Origin: Basidiobolus meristosporus CBS 931.73
Lineage: Eukaryota > Fungi > Basidiobolomycota
Reading direction: 5' to 3'
Length of the DNA: 44,566 nt
NCBI GenBank assembly: GCA_002104905.1
Contig: MCFE01000691.1
Span: forward strand, 1 to 44,566
The stretch's first letter is position 1; every line of letters starts with the position of its first letter. The notes under the pieces are model-generated. The model had not been told where the DNA came from. It worked only from the letters and a program-made list of their open reading frames with translations, and made no database searches. Below, in pieces: positions 28,162 through 38,418 of this stretch. The translations under genes and the position numbers were made by a program.

Positions 28162-28957
28162 GATGACTAAACTATCGATCAGTGAAAAAGTAAGTAAGAT
28201 GTTGGATGATGGGCGGGTTTACTAGCTACGCTGGCTCATTCATCTGCATGAGTTTGTATCCACAATCAAGGGATTCTAGTACATATGTAAAGAAACGCAA
28301 TATATCATATGTATGCTAAAGGAACTCACTTGGGAACTGTTTGGAGAAGATACTATTGGTCAGCTTCGAACAGGTTAAGCTATGAATTGATGTGATAGTC
28401 TGATGGCAAAGCCGTGAAATGAATATATTTCAATCAAGAACTATCAGAATCCTCAAATATCAAGAAAAACTCTGAAATAAGACTTTAGGGAAAACCGGGT
28501 GAGAAACAATACGATTTGTTCAAAGCAGGCAAAGTTTGGTGGTTGGAGAAAGAAGACCAGCTGGAAATTGCTGACTATGAGTATTATAGCCAAAAGGAAA
28601 TTTCGTGGCATCTTACCCGAATTATAACCACCTACTGATCCAACATTGGAAATATGGTTATTCTATAACCGAACTGAAATGAAATTGTGCGATTTTGCAA
28701 CTGCGGCTACGGTTGGCCTTGCTATCTGTGTATGCCACGAATATATATAACTCTCTGGATAATGCGTAAACAACTGTTCTTAATATGGAAATCTCCGAAC
28801 TAGTCTAGAAATTTACTTTTCAATGCATAATGCAATTCCCAAGCAAATCAAAACATCATGTTAATTGGCTGCCAACGGCTGCTAAAAGAGAACACTAGGT
28901 GGAATTTGCCTCTGCTGCCTGAAGGCATGTGGCGGTGATGAGGGGGGAGGGGGAGGG

Positions 28958-30483
28958 TCAAGGCCGACCAACACTAACGTCTGGGTACACGTCGAACCGG
29001 CGCTGAGTGGTGATTGGGATCCCTTGTCTTGTGGCACTCAATTTGTCGAGGTCTGGCCAGAGAGATGCATTAGATAGCTATGTTGAGTAGAATGTAAGAT
29101 CACCTACCGATGGCTGCATAGACAATATCCTCCATGTGGCCAGTGGTTGCAACCACCTCGCCACTGATTTAGAGTGAAGTTAGTATTTGCAACATTAGAT
29201 TATTTCCTCTGGTGACTCATACTTTGGATCAACCACAGTAGAATGGCCCCACGCCGCATATCCTGAGGAGGTATCCCGGGCCGGCGAGCATGCGGCGACA
29301 TACATCTGTCAGATATATTAAGTATTTGGAAGAGTTCGAAAGGGAGGCTTCTTACGTGGTACCTGATTATCAACTGCCCTGTATCAATAAGTTAGCCGGG
29401 AACCTTATCAAACAAGTGATGTGTGTACCTAGCGCGTTGGAGGAGCTCCCAGTGGAGTGGTCCAGTAGTCATGTTAAATGCCCCGGGATACAACATGGCA
29501 ATGCACCCTGTATAGATGTATATATATATATGAGTCGATAACAAAAAGCCTATTCACTCCTGCCAAAAAGATTACCATTGCGTGCAGCTATCATCGCTAG
29601 CTCTGGAAATCTTATATCGTAGCATATCCCGATGCCAATCCTACCATACTCTGAACATCTCGTGAGTAATAGATCGATTTGGTTGGTGCACTAATAGATT
29701 TACCAGTCTCGAAATGCGTCACCTTATTGCCTGGACTTAAGGTATCACTCTCCTGCAGTATGTTAATACAGAGAACAAAACTGGACCATTCTACGAAAAC
29801 GCCTTACCCAAAACCGAATCTTGCCAGGAATATCGATGTTGAATAGGTGAATCTTACGGTGCTTTGCGATCATCTCCCCTTTGTCCAAACGAAGCAAAGT
29901 AAGAGCATGGTTTATGGTGCATATTGGTGTCTGACTACCTTTTGGATTGTAGATTGTGCACGTGTTGTAGAGTTTATCGGCATCTTTTTCTGGGATTGAA
30001 CCTGGAAATACTTAAGTTTGTGTGTTGAAGTTAATGGCGAGGTGATTTCTTTTTATCTACCTCCTACTAAATAAACCCCCGCTTGCTAAGCTTGTAGTTA
30101 GCATTTCCAAGGCCATTGGGAAAGTACCTAACGCTACTTGCCTTTGCTACTTCGGACAACGCTTTGACAGAATCGCCTGGAATGGTTTCAGCGTATTGTG
30201 GAAAGTATTGGGTCCCGTACGGAGAGTTGAAGCATTCCTACGAAATCTATTGAGTTGGAATATATTGCAGGTAAGGTGTACAGAGCATACTTACTGGTAA
30301 TACAACTATGTTGGCGCCATTCTTGGCTGCCTCCAAAACGCGCTCACGGGCTACGGTAAGATTAGTGACTTTGCAGGAGTCTACTTTCTGCTGAACCAAG
30401 GCCAACTTAAACGACTTCCCAGTGCTCGAACTATACCACCGTCTTTGGAGAGGTTTGCTCAAATTCCAGGTTCGCTTCAACAT
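28958..30483 (-). CDS. NIT3: Nitrilase-superfamily omega-amidase (Nit2/Nit3), with a probable mitochondrial presequence, multi-exon
   Basis: Catalytic triad contexts VVLP|[11 protein letters not shown] and [10 protein letters not shown]. Also [21 protein letters not shown]|AVDNQ and AWGHS. Arg/Ser-rich N-terminus [19 protein letters not shown]. Confidence 0.92.
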
Positions 30484-30727
30484 AATTAAGCTTTCACTGG
30501 ATGGTATACCACACTACTGGAAAGATATCGAACTCCATGCACTTTATACTCCCCTTCGGAGCCCAATCAGATGACATCATTCAAAATTGGTATCTAGTGC
30601 TACCATTGATATTGATGAAGCGCACAACCAAGAGTCAGTCAACATACAATACTCATTCTCATTTAAAGCTTGTCAAGTCGGGCTTCAGGTATTCAATTTT
30701 ATCCATGTTTATTTGGTCAAGTATATC

Positions 30728-31759
30728 TCAAATTCCTACTAAATGCCACATAGCAGCCAGCAAGAGAAAGTATATGGAAGGGTGCGCAGCTTTGTGTTCG
30801 GTAGTTGCGACACTTCTAACGGAGGGGTGGGTAAGCTTAGGATTCAACACACGGTCGATCACATGTAGCACCCCATTGCTGAGCAAGATGTTTCCCTTCT
30901 TGATTATAGCGTTGTTGACGAATATCCTGCCATCTCTGATTCGAATAGTTAGATTTCCCCCCGAACCAGAGATGTATTGATCTTGGTCGGACATTTGTTG
31001 CGTAAATATCAGTGAGGGGGTAATAACATGATATCTGATCAAGTCAACCTCGGACTTGGCGGAATCCGGCCCCTGGCTAGTCAGGTTGGAGAACTTCCAT
31101 GCCGAATTTTCTGGTACAAAATATGTTAGACCTACAAGTTGATCAATGGGCGTGGCTAATTTCTGTGACTTGGTGAAACTTAGGAAGTCGGTTAAATTTA
31201 AGGCGGTTAGTGTTTGGCTTGGATAAGTTGGCGGGGTAAATACGTTATCCACAAGGTTAAGCAATCCATTAGAAGCAGGCAGATCGGATGCAGTGACATT
31301 GGCGCTGAGAATACCAAAGCCAACCTGGTATTGTCTAATAGGCTTCTTAATCACTCGTAACTCCAGGTTTTGAGGCTGTGCTACTGGCAAATGCACGAAT
31401 CGTGGATCTTCCAGCAAGGTGCTGATTACCTCTGAGGTGACTATCTCATCAAATTTCTTGATATCACGCGACAAGTGATACTTGAAGACTGAGGCCGCAG
31501 TATTTGCCTCAATTTTGTCGAAGGCAATGCCTTGTAAGGCGGAATCAATTGGAGCAAAGATAGTGTACGGACTGGGACCGGTTAAGATATCCTTGAAATC
31601 TGAGAATCCCGGTTGGCTTATTATTGAACTGAATATCTTTAGGTTCGGATTACTGAGAATATTTTGATAGAGGCTGTTACTAGTATTCTGACCCAATACT
31701 AAGTAACTATTTAGAAGTAGCCACCTAATCCCATGTAGAAGCGCTATTCTTTTTGCCAT
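30728..31759 (-). CDS. Secreted, probably GPI-anchored fasciclin (2 x FAS1) protein, single exon
   Basis: YTIFAPIDSAL...KYHL...SNGLLNLVD and TYFVPENSAW...RYHVI...SNGVLHVIDRVL. Hydrophobic N- and C-termini. Confidence 0.9.
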   Translation of the reverse strand: MAKRIALLHGIRWLLLNSYLVLGQNTSNSLYQNILSNPNLKIFSSIISQPGFSDFKDILTGPSPYTIFAPIDSALQGIAFDKIEANTAASVFKYHLSRDIKKFDEIVTSEVISTLLEDPRFVHLPVAQPQNLELRVIKKPIRQYQVGFGILSANVTASDLPASNGLLNLVDNVFTPPTYPSQTLTALNLTDFLSFTKSQKLATPIDQLVGLTYFVPENSAWKFSNLTSQGPDSAKSEVDLIRYHVITPSLIFTQQMSDQDQYISGSGGNLTIRIRDGRIFVNNAIIKKGNILLSNGVLHVIDRVLNPKLTHPSVRSVATTEHKAAHPSIYFLLLAAMWHLVGI

Positions 31760-32574
31760 CTCCTCTGTGGGGAAGCCGTATTGCTGGTTAAGCGCTAATG
31801 CCCTATAAAATATGAAAACCCTTTCAGAACACTGCTATGCTATAGGTTCATATGGCTCGGAGAAAACCTTCTACCTTTTCCGGGGTGTTTTTTTACAACA
31901 CTTGGGTTATGGATCCAGTTAAAATTTACAAGAGCCCAAAAGTGGGGCAAAGATATGAAGAAATCCGACGAAACTTTACAAGATCAGGTAGTGTTAAGAC
32001 TCTCCAAACGATTAAATCATGGAATCAGATTCCATTTTATCTGTCTTTCAGTTATGAATACGGTATATACATCCTGCATGATCGCGGAATTTTTCTAACT
32101 TGAATCACTTCCTGAGTTGTTATTTGATTCGGCAGTGAAGTATGTTTGAGCAAAAACTATATATTACTGGTCGGAGTGACTTCTTAAATTGTGGGAGAAG
32201 ATAGACGATTGCTTTCCATTTACTATACTATGTGTTGTTTGGATAATTGGGCTATGGTGAGGGTCCTGTCTATCCAGTGTATTCCTTGTAATTTAAATGC
32301 TTCAAACATTGGAGCAGGAAGCGGCTCTCAATGTTAAAAATATGCAATTAATGATGAAGAGTTAGGGGTACTGGGCAGAAATCAACAAGAGGCAACGTGA
32401 TAAAAAGCTGAAACAAGCTGCTTGCCTCCGAAGTACCGAATCAATTTTAATTCTTTATAAGTTGCATGATTACCAGCCATATCCCGATTGATCTTGAGCA
32501 CTTGTTTCCATTCAAAGCTTTTTGCTATATCAAGTCAGTTGGGTTAGATTTAAGTTACTATACAGTGACCAGGA

Positions 32575-33933
32575 ATGAAATTCGATACAGTCTTATGGCT
32601 CTTGCCTCTTCCTTTCATGGTACACGGTGCATGTCAAGGCGTTCGGAGGCGATCAGAGATTCGAGAATTGAGTGAGGCAGAAATGTCCTCTTTCATTGGC
32701 GCCATTTTGGAGCTTAAAAGAAGAGGAAAATATGACGGATTCGTAGTGCAACATGTGGATGGTTTTCCTTTCGCACATAACTCGCCAGCGTTTTTTCCCT
32801 GGCATCGAAAATATCTACTCAACTTTGAGGATGCTCTTCGTGAGATTGATCCCGATGTTACCGTGCCTTATTGGGTAAGTATTGCTGATCACCTGTATGC
32901 CAGTTTTATAGCTGAAATTTCAATAGGATTGGACTCTAGATTCGCAAGCTCCAGAAGCCAGCCCAATATTTACATGGTTTGGTGGGAACGGAGAGGGTGA
33001 AGATAACTGCTTAAAAAGTGGGCCATTCGCAAATTGGCGAACGTCAGTACCTGAACAAAAATGCCTACAGCGGCAGTTTGACCTGCAAAATGGGTTGATT
33101 TCACCATTACAATCCCCGGAGTTACTGCATGAAGATATAGCCACATCAAAGAATTATTCAACATTACAAACAGTCATCGAGATGGGAACTCATAGTTTGG
33201 TGCATGTTGGTATTGGTGGCGAAGGAGGAGATATGAGCTTTGAATACAGTTCAAATGAGTAGGTATTACATTCTTTCGTGTGCAAATGTTGCAAAACTAA
33301 TTCGTTGTAAACTTTTCCCACCAATGTAGCCCGATATTTTGGCTAGTCCATTCTTTTGTGGATAAAATCTGGTCAACTTGGCAGTCATTTGATCCAAAAA
33401 ATGCGCTAAGCTACGATGGAATTAATCCGGCAACAAACAAATCAGTTGCATTAACTGATGTACTGGACGTTTTCGGAACACAAGTCAAAGACGTAATGAG
33501 TACGAAAAAGCTATGCTACCGATATTCTCAAACACCAGCAATTCCAATGCCAAATAACGACACGTCTATCAGCAGACCTAGTCATTCAGGATCCTCGGAG
33601 AACGATATAATTAATATCATAAAGCGTAGGTTTGGTGAAGTTGCCACTTCAAATTCCTATAGAAAACGAACAATACTATATGGAGACATACCGGCATATT
33701 TCGATATTTATGGTGGGCCAACGCCTGATGACCGAAGCGAAAAATATCAGCTTAGAGTTCCAATGGGGCTACCGCAAAAATTCATCAATAAGATGGGATA
33801 TCCTACTAGAACAGTCCGAACAATTGAGAATACACATGGGAGATTAACAAGAATAATCAATCTAAACAAGGAATATATTTCACCAGTTTCCCTAGCAAAA
33901 AAGCTACAAACCGAATTGAGTATTTTTGGTTGA
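32575..33933 (+). CDS. Secreted tyrosinase (type-3 di-copper), 3 exons
   Basis: Signal-peptide-like start. CuA: QH...AHNSPAFFPWHR, VPYW|DW. CuB: THSLVH, N|DPIFWLVHSFVDKIW. TGA at 33931-33933. Confidence 0.92.
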
Positions 33934-34263
33934 AGTTCAATTTTTGTAGCGATTTCAATGTATAGTCACCACTTCCCCAACATTCTATAGCCAGACACAC
34001 ATATGCTGGCTTCTTTCCAGCCAGCCACCATGTAAATAACGACTAGATTCTACGCCGGGGAGTCTGGAGCCGCCACCTTCAAAAGCACGGTCGCCTCCCT
34101 CGAGAACTGTCCAGAAATACCGATGATGCATCCTCACTCACCCACCATTACCCGGCAAAGGACGGCTGGGCCCCAGGGGTGGAGGGATCTGGCGCAGAGC
34201 ATATCCACAACCCATCACCATGATAGGCCAAAAGCGGGGAGTGAGAAAAATGAAAAATAAATG

Positions 34264-34334
34264 TGCGCTAGCTGGGAGTCGAACCCAGGCCAACTGCTTG
34301 GAAGGCAGTTATTCTACCGCTATACTACTAGCGC
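34264..34334 (-). tRNA. tRNA-Gly(TCC)
   Basis: GCGCTAG acceptor stem, ACTGC-CT-TCC-AA-GCAGT anticodon arm, GGTTCGACTC T-loop, downstream oligo-T. Confidence 0.96.
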
Positions 34335-34679
34335 CTGTTAGTTATATAAAAAATTAGAAATAATATTCTATTAATTTTAATTGGTACTACTGGCAATGCT
34401 TTCCGGCAAACCTGTCGGACAGCCTCCCTAACTTACATCCAAATCCTTGGATAGTATGCCAACAATCAATGATCGGGCTCAGCCTGGATACAACCATGAA
34501 AAATCGAATAAGGCATGTATCCAAAGGGGGAGGGACGAACCAAAAAAGGGACCATTTCCCTTGTACGAAAGTAGGGAGTTGTGTAGGAATGAGCATCCTC
34601 ATCGAATAGGCAATGTAAAAGCGATAGATTCTAGTGAAACAAAAGGTGTACAGATATAGAAGTTAAAAAGAAAAAGTAT

Positions 34680-34752
34680 CGCCCAAAGGGGGGCTCGAAC
34701 CCCCGACCCTAAGATTAAAAGTCTCATGCTCTACCGACTGAGCTATTCGGGC
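34680..34752 (-). tRNA. tRNA-Lys(TTT)
   Basis: GCCCGAATAGCTCAGTCGGTAGAGC, TGAGA-CT-TTT-AA-TCTTA, GGTTCGAGCC; intronless. Confidence 0.96.
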
Positions 34753-35109
34753 TCACACAATCTAGTGAGATCTATGTATATGAATACCTTCAAATAATAT
34801 GTACGCATACATGCACACGTATGTGCTCCAATATAGCAAAACCAATTTCCCAGCCATACCACTGTTAGCTGGACAGTCACCTCCACCTCCTACTAGAGCC
34901 TGCCACTTGTCTGCAGCGGAATGATACACAAACGCTGATGTGAATTGGGTTAGGGGATTCATGAAATACAAAGCCACGGAGACCTATACCTACCAGGCCT
35001 ACGCCAGTAACAGGTATAACCTCTGAGCCATTCCCCATGGAAGAACTACCGTGTGGGAAGTAATCATAGGGCTATAAGAATTTTCTACAAAGAGTACATC
35101 ATCAGTAAT

Positions 35110-35191
35110 GACACTTTGGCGGAGTGGTTAACGCGGTGCCCTGCTAAGGCATTTCCCTATGGGAGCGCAGGTTCGAATCCTGCAGGTGTCG
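35110..35191 (+). tRNA. tRNA-Ser(GCT)
   Basis: 82 nt with a long variable arm (TTCCC-TAT-GGGAG), TGCC-CT-GCT-AA-GGCA and GGTTCGAATCC; T6 terminator. Confidence 0.96.
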
Positions 35192-35201
35192 TTCCTTTTT
35201 T
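35192..35201 (+). terminator. Pol III oligo-T terminator after tRNA-Ser (representative)
   Basis: TTCCTTTTTT directly follows the tRNA. Each of the nine tRNAs has a run of at least 4 T shortly downstream on its own strand. Confidence 0.8.
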
Positions 35202-35808
35202 TCATGTATTCTCATTGATACGAAATCATTTTAATGTATTGGAACAGCATTATCTTAGCAATGGTGGGGTATAGCATAGTAGATAGATAGTCTACTGGAG
35301 GTGCTGATGGCCGAGTTCAAATCACGGAGGATTGATAGCGGCCGGCTGTTTGGCCTTAGAAATAATACACCCGGTTATGCAAAAATTTTTCATAGTTGGC
35401 ATAGTGTTTGCTGGGCTCCCCAACTTTAAAATAATTCTCAATTTTTAGCCAACCCTAGACGTGAGACACAGATGTATAAAATGCAACCATGAAGCTACCA
35501 GGATTCCACAAAAGGCACCAGATACTTGTAACAAAGCAATTCGTTTCCTGCTTATGATTAGAAGTTTGATCTGATGCATGATATTGGAGCACCAAACCTC
35601 GTGACAAGGAGATACTATGGATCGCGTAATTTCATAGGAGACGCCATGGCAAGTTTCAAGCTTCAAAGAATGACAAGAAATGCGTATAGATCTCCAAAAC
35701 AGCCTATGTGGCAGGAGAGTAGATTAAAGCCAAGAGAATCGATCATACAGTCTTGGAGAGGAAACACAGCATGATAAACGGCAAGCGCAAGAAAGCTAGG
35801 TATATAAT

Positions 35809-35880
35809 TCCTCATTGGTCCAGTGGTTAGGATTTCTCGCTTTCACCGAGACGGCCGGGGTTCGATTCCCCGATGGGGAA
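35809..35880 (+). tRNA. tRNA-Glu(TTC)
   Basis: TCCTCAT/ATGGGGA acceptor, TCTCG-CT-TTC-AC-CGAGA, GGTTCGATTCC. Confidence 0.96.
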
Positions 35881-36252
35881 TAATCTTTTGTGTACTTTCG
35901 TTCATAGCTTTTTACTAAAGAGAAACGACCCGTTTCAATGGCAGTATACGGTAATTCTTGGGCGGACTCCTTCATGCGGGCCAAAAGCTGCCCATATATA
36001 AAAATAAATACAAACATATCCCACCAATATCCTATGTTGAAATATGGGCCCAGCCCCAGAGCGTCCAAGCGAGCTTACCTAAAGGTATTCCGAGGAGGTC
36101 CTGCCACAGAATGTGTGATCACCCTAGCGAAATGAGAGCAAGAATTCTCGGCTGTCACAAAATCTACATCGAGTACAGCACACAAGTAACCATCCGTTAG
36201 TATACAAACTTACAGTATGCCAATAGCTTATTTGCCAAAAAAGTAAAATACT

Positions 36253-36326
36253 CACCCCCGGTGGGACTCGAACCCACAATCCTCAGATTAGAAGTCTGAT
36301 GCCTTATCCAATTAGGCCACGGGGGC
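36253..36326 (-). tRNA. tRNA-Arg(TCT)
   Basis: GCCCCCG acceptor, TCAGA-CT-TCT-AA-TCTGA, GGTTCGAGTCC. Confidence 0.96.
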
Positions 36327-36674
36327 AATTAGTAACAGAAGAAGCGGTTGCGTGCTAAAGACTAAATCGATTTCCTATTTACCTTTCTAGACATTCTAAT
36401 GCAAAGGCATTGTACATGATATTCCACCTGTATTGGAGCTAAGTGCTCTTCCACTGTAGAAATTTATCTACAGTAGGCCTGAGCTCAAAAACAAACCAGT
36501 AGTATGCTATACTTTGCTCATCTTAGCAGAGTGCTCCAGATAGTCAGATTATGAACTCAGCATATTCTTACCAATAAGCAGTGCTATGAAGATAGAAGCT
36601 TATGTAGGCATTGCCTTCTACAAAAAAATCTACTTGACAGAAACGTAGACTGCAACCCGCCAGGTGCAAAAGAT

Positions 36675-36747
36675 TGCTCCCTGCCAGGATCGAACTGGCG
36701 ACCTTCAGATTATGAGACTAACGCGCTGCCAACTGCGCTAAGGAAGC
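36675..36747 (-). tRNA. tRNA-Met(CAT), elongator type
   Basis: TTAGT-CT-CAT-AA-TCTGA with the T-T 31:39 mismatch typical of fungal elongator Met. G1 start and a GTTCGATC T-loop, so not the initiator. Confidence 0.94.
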
Positions 36748-37048
36748 TTCTAAGCTACGGGGAAATTGGTTGCTATTTGTCATTTTTGAGTCTCCTGTAG
36801 TGGTACGAGAATGTACCACCAGCAGTTATGAATAGAGCCGGGCTCAATTGTACTCATCAGCGCTAATATCGATTTGAAACTCGAGCAAAAACCGGAGACT
36901 GCATATCCATGCTAGGTTCTTTGTATTGTCCATATAGTTACTCCTCTTCAATAGATACATAAAAACATACAATCCCTTGAGGAAGTGTAGTTGATATGTA
37001 ACAATGTACAATGGTTCACCGAAATACATCAAAAACCAAAAAGAGATC

Positions 37049-37120
37049 GGGCTCCAGCGGGAATTGAACCCGCGACCTCTCGCACCCAAAGCGAGAATCA
37101 TACTACTAGACCATAGAGCC
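37049..37120 (-). tRNA. tRNA-Pro(TGG)
   Basis: GGCTCTA acceptor, CTCGC-TT-TGG-GT-GCGAG, GGTTCAATTCC. Confidence 0.96.
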
Positions 37121-37286
37121 GGATTTATGGGTAGTAGCTTTACGATTTAGATCATTTTCAGTCCGTAGTAAACCATATAGTCAAAACGATCTCGGATTTT
37201 ACTTAATTTGTAGAGTCAGATCAAGGAGGAGAGATTCATTACCTCCAAAATATAGGTTTTCTCTACAAGAACTAAAATCAAAAGAG

Positions 37287-37358
37287 CTCTCAGACCGGGA
37301 ATTGAACCCGGGTCTCCCGCGTGACAGGCGGGGATACTTACCACTATACTATCTGAGA
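37287..37358 (-). tRNA. tRNA-Asp(GTC)
   Basis: TCTCAGA acceptor, CCCGC-CT-GTC-AC-GCGGG, GGTTCAATTCC. Confidence 0.95.
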
Positions 37359-37612
37359 TTACATATTTATTATGTACATACTTTTCTGCACAAACCTAAT
37401 ACTCTATATTATGGCGGAGCTCCGCCAAAAACTGCATAATCCTACGTAAACGAATGGTAGGGGAATCCTCTTGAATATCTGGGAACACGGAAATAAAAAT
37501 ACTAATCCATACTCTGATAGATCGAGTTACCCTTCTGGAAACCCATATGATGCTATTAAAAAGGACAGTGATAAAAAAAGTCCTGGTAAATGCTGAATCC
37601 CAACAAAAGATG

Positions 37613-37684
37613 AGGTCTCGCCGAGAATCGAACTCGGATTACAGGATTCAAAGTCCTGGGTGCTAACCATTACACCACGAAACC
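37613..37684 (-). tRNA. tRNA-Gln(TTG)
   Basis: GGTTTCG/CGAGACC acceptor, CAGGA-CT-TTG-AA-TCCTG, AGTTCGATTC. Confidence 0.96.
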
Positions 37685-38020
37685 GCCTTTGTTTCATGTA
37701 AAAATTTGTAGCGATTTCAATGTATAGTCACCACTTCCCCAACATTCTATAGCCAGACACACATATGCTGGCTTCTTTCCAGCCAGCCATCCATGTAAAT
37801 AACGACTAGATTCTACGCCGGGGAGTCTGGAGCCGCCACCTTCAAAGCACGTCGCTCCTCGAGAACTGTCCAGAAATACCGATGATGCATCCTCACTCGT
37901 GATCTAGCATATACTGGTGGCTGGCTGAAAGAGCAGCATATGTGTGTCTGGCTATAGAATGTTGGGGGAAGTGGTGACTATACATTGAAATCGCTACAAA
38001 TTTTTACATGAAACAAAGGC

Positions 38021-38092
38021 GGTTTCGTGGTGTAATGGTTAGCACCCAGGACTTTGAATCCTGTAATCCGAGTTCGATTCTCGGCGAGACCT
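38021..38092 (+). tRNA. tRNA-Gln(TTG)
   Basis: Inverted copy of 37613-37684. Confidence 0.95.
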
Positions 38093-38346
38093 CATCTTTT
38101 GTTGGGATTCAGCATTTACCAGGACTTTTTTTATCACTGTCCTTTTTAATAGCATCATATGGGTTTCCAGAAGGGTAACTCGATCTATCAGAGTATGGAT
38201 TAGTATTTTTATTTCCGTGTTCCCAGATATTCAAGAGGATTCCCCTACCATTCGTTTACGTAGGATTATGCAGTTTTTGGCGGAGCTCCGCCATAATATA
38301 GAGTATTAGGTTTGTGCAGAAAAGTATGTACATAATAAATATGTAA

Positions 38347-38418
38347 TCTCAGATAGTATAGTGGTAAGTATCCCCGCCTGTCACGCGGGAGACCCGGGTT
38401 CAATTCCCGGTCTGAGAG
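38347..38418 (+). tRNA. tRNA-Asp(GTC)
   Basis: Inverted copy of 37287-37358. Confidence 0.95.

Larger units (their letters stand above)
33943..37704 (+). repeat. tRNA-array unit 1 (forward, ~3,762 bp, 9 tRNA genes)
   Basis: TTTGTAGCGATTTCAATG starts at 33943 and recurs at 37705. Confidence 0.95.

Noticed and set aside
33305-33375. Tyrosinase CuB site apparently defective (LVH instead of LHH)
   Set aside because: The copper ligand is the second His of the HH pair, and it is retained (WLVHSFVD).
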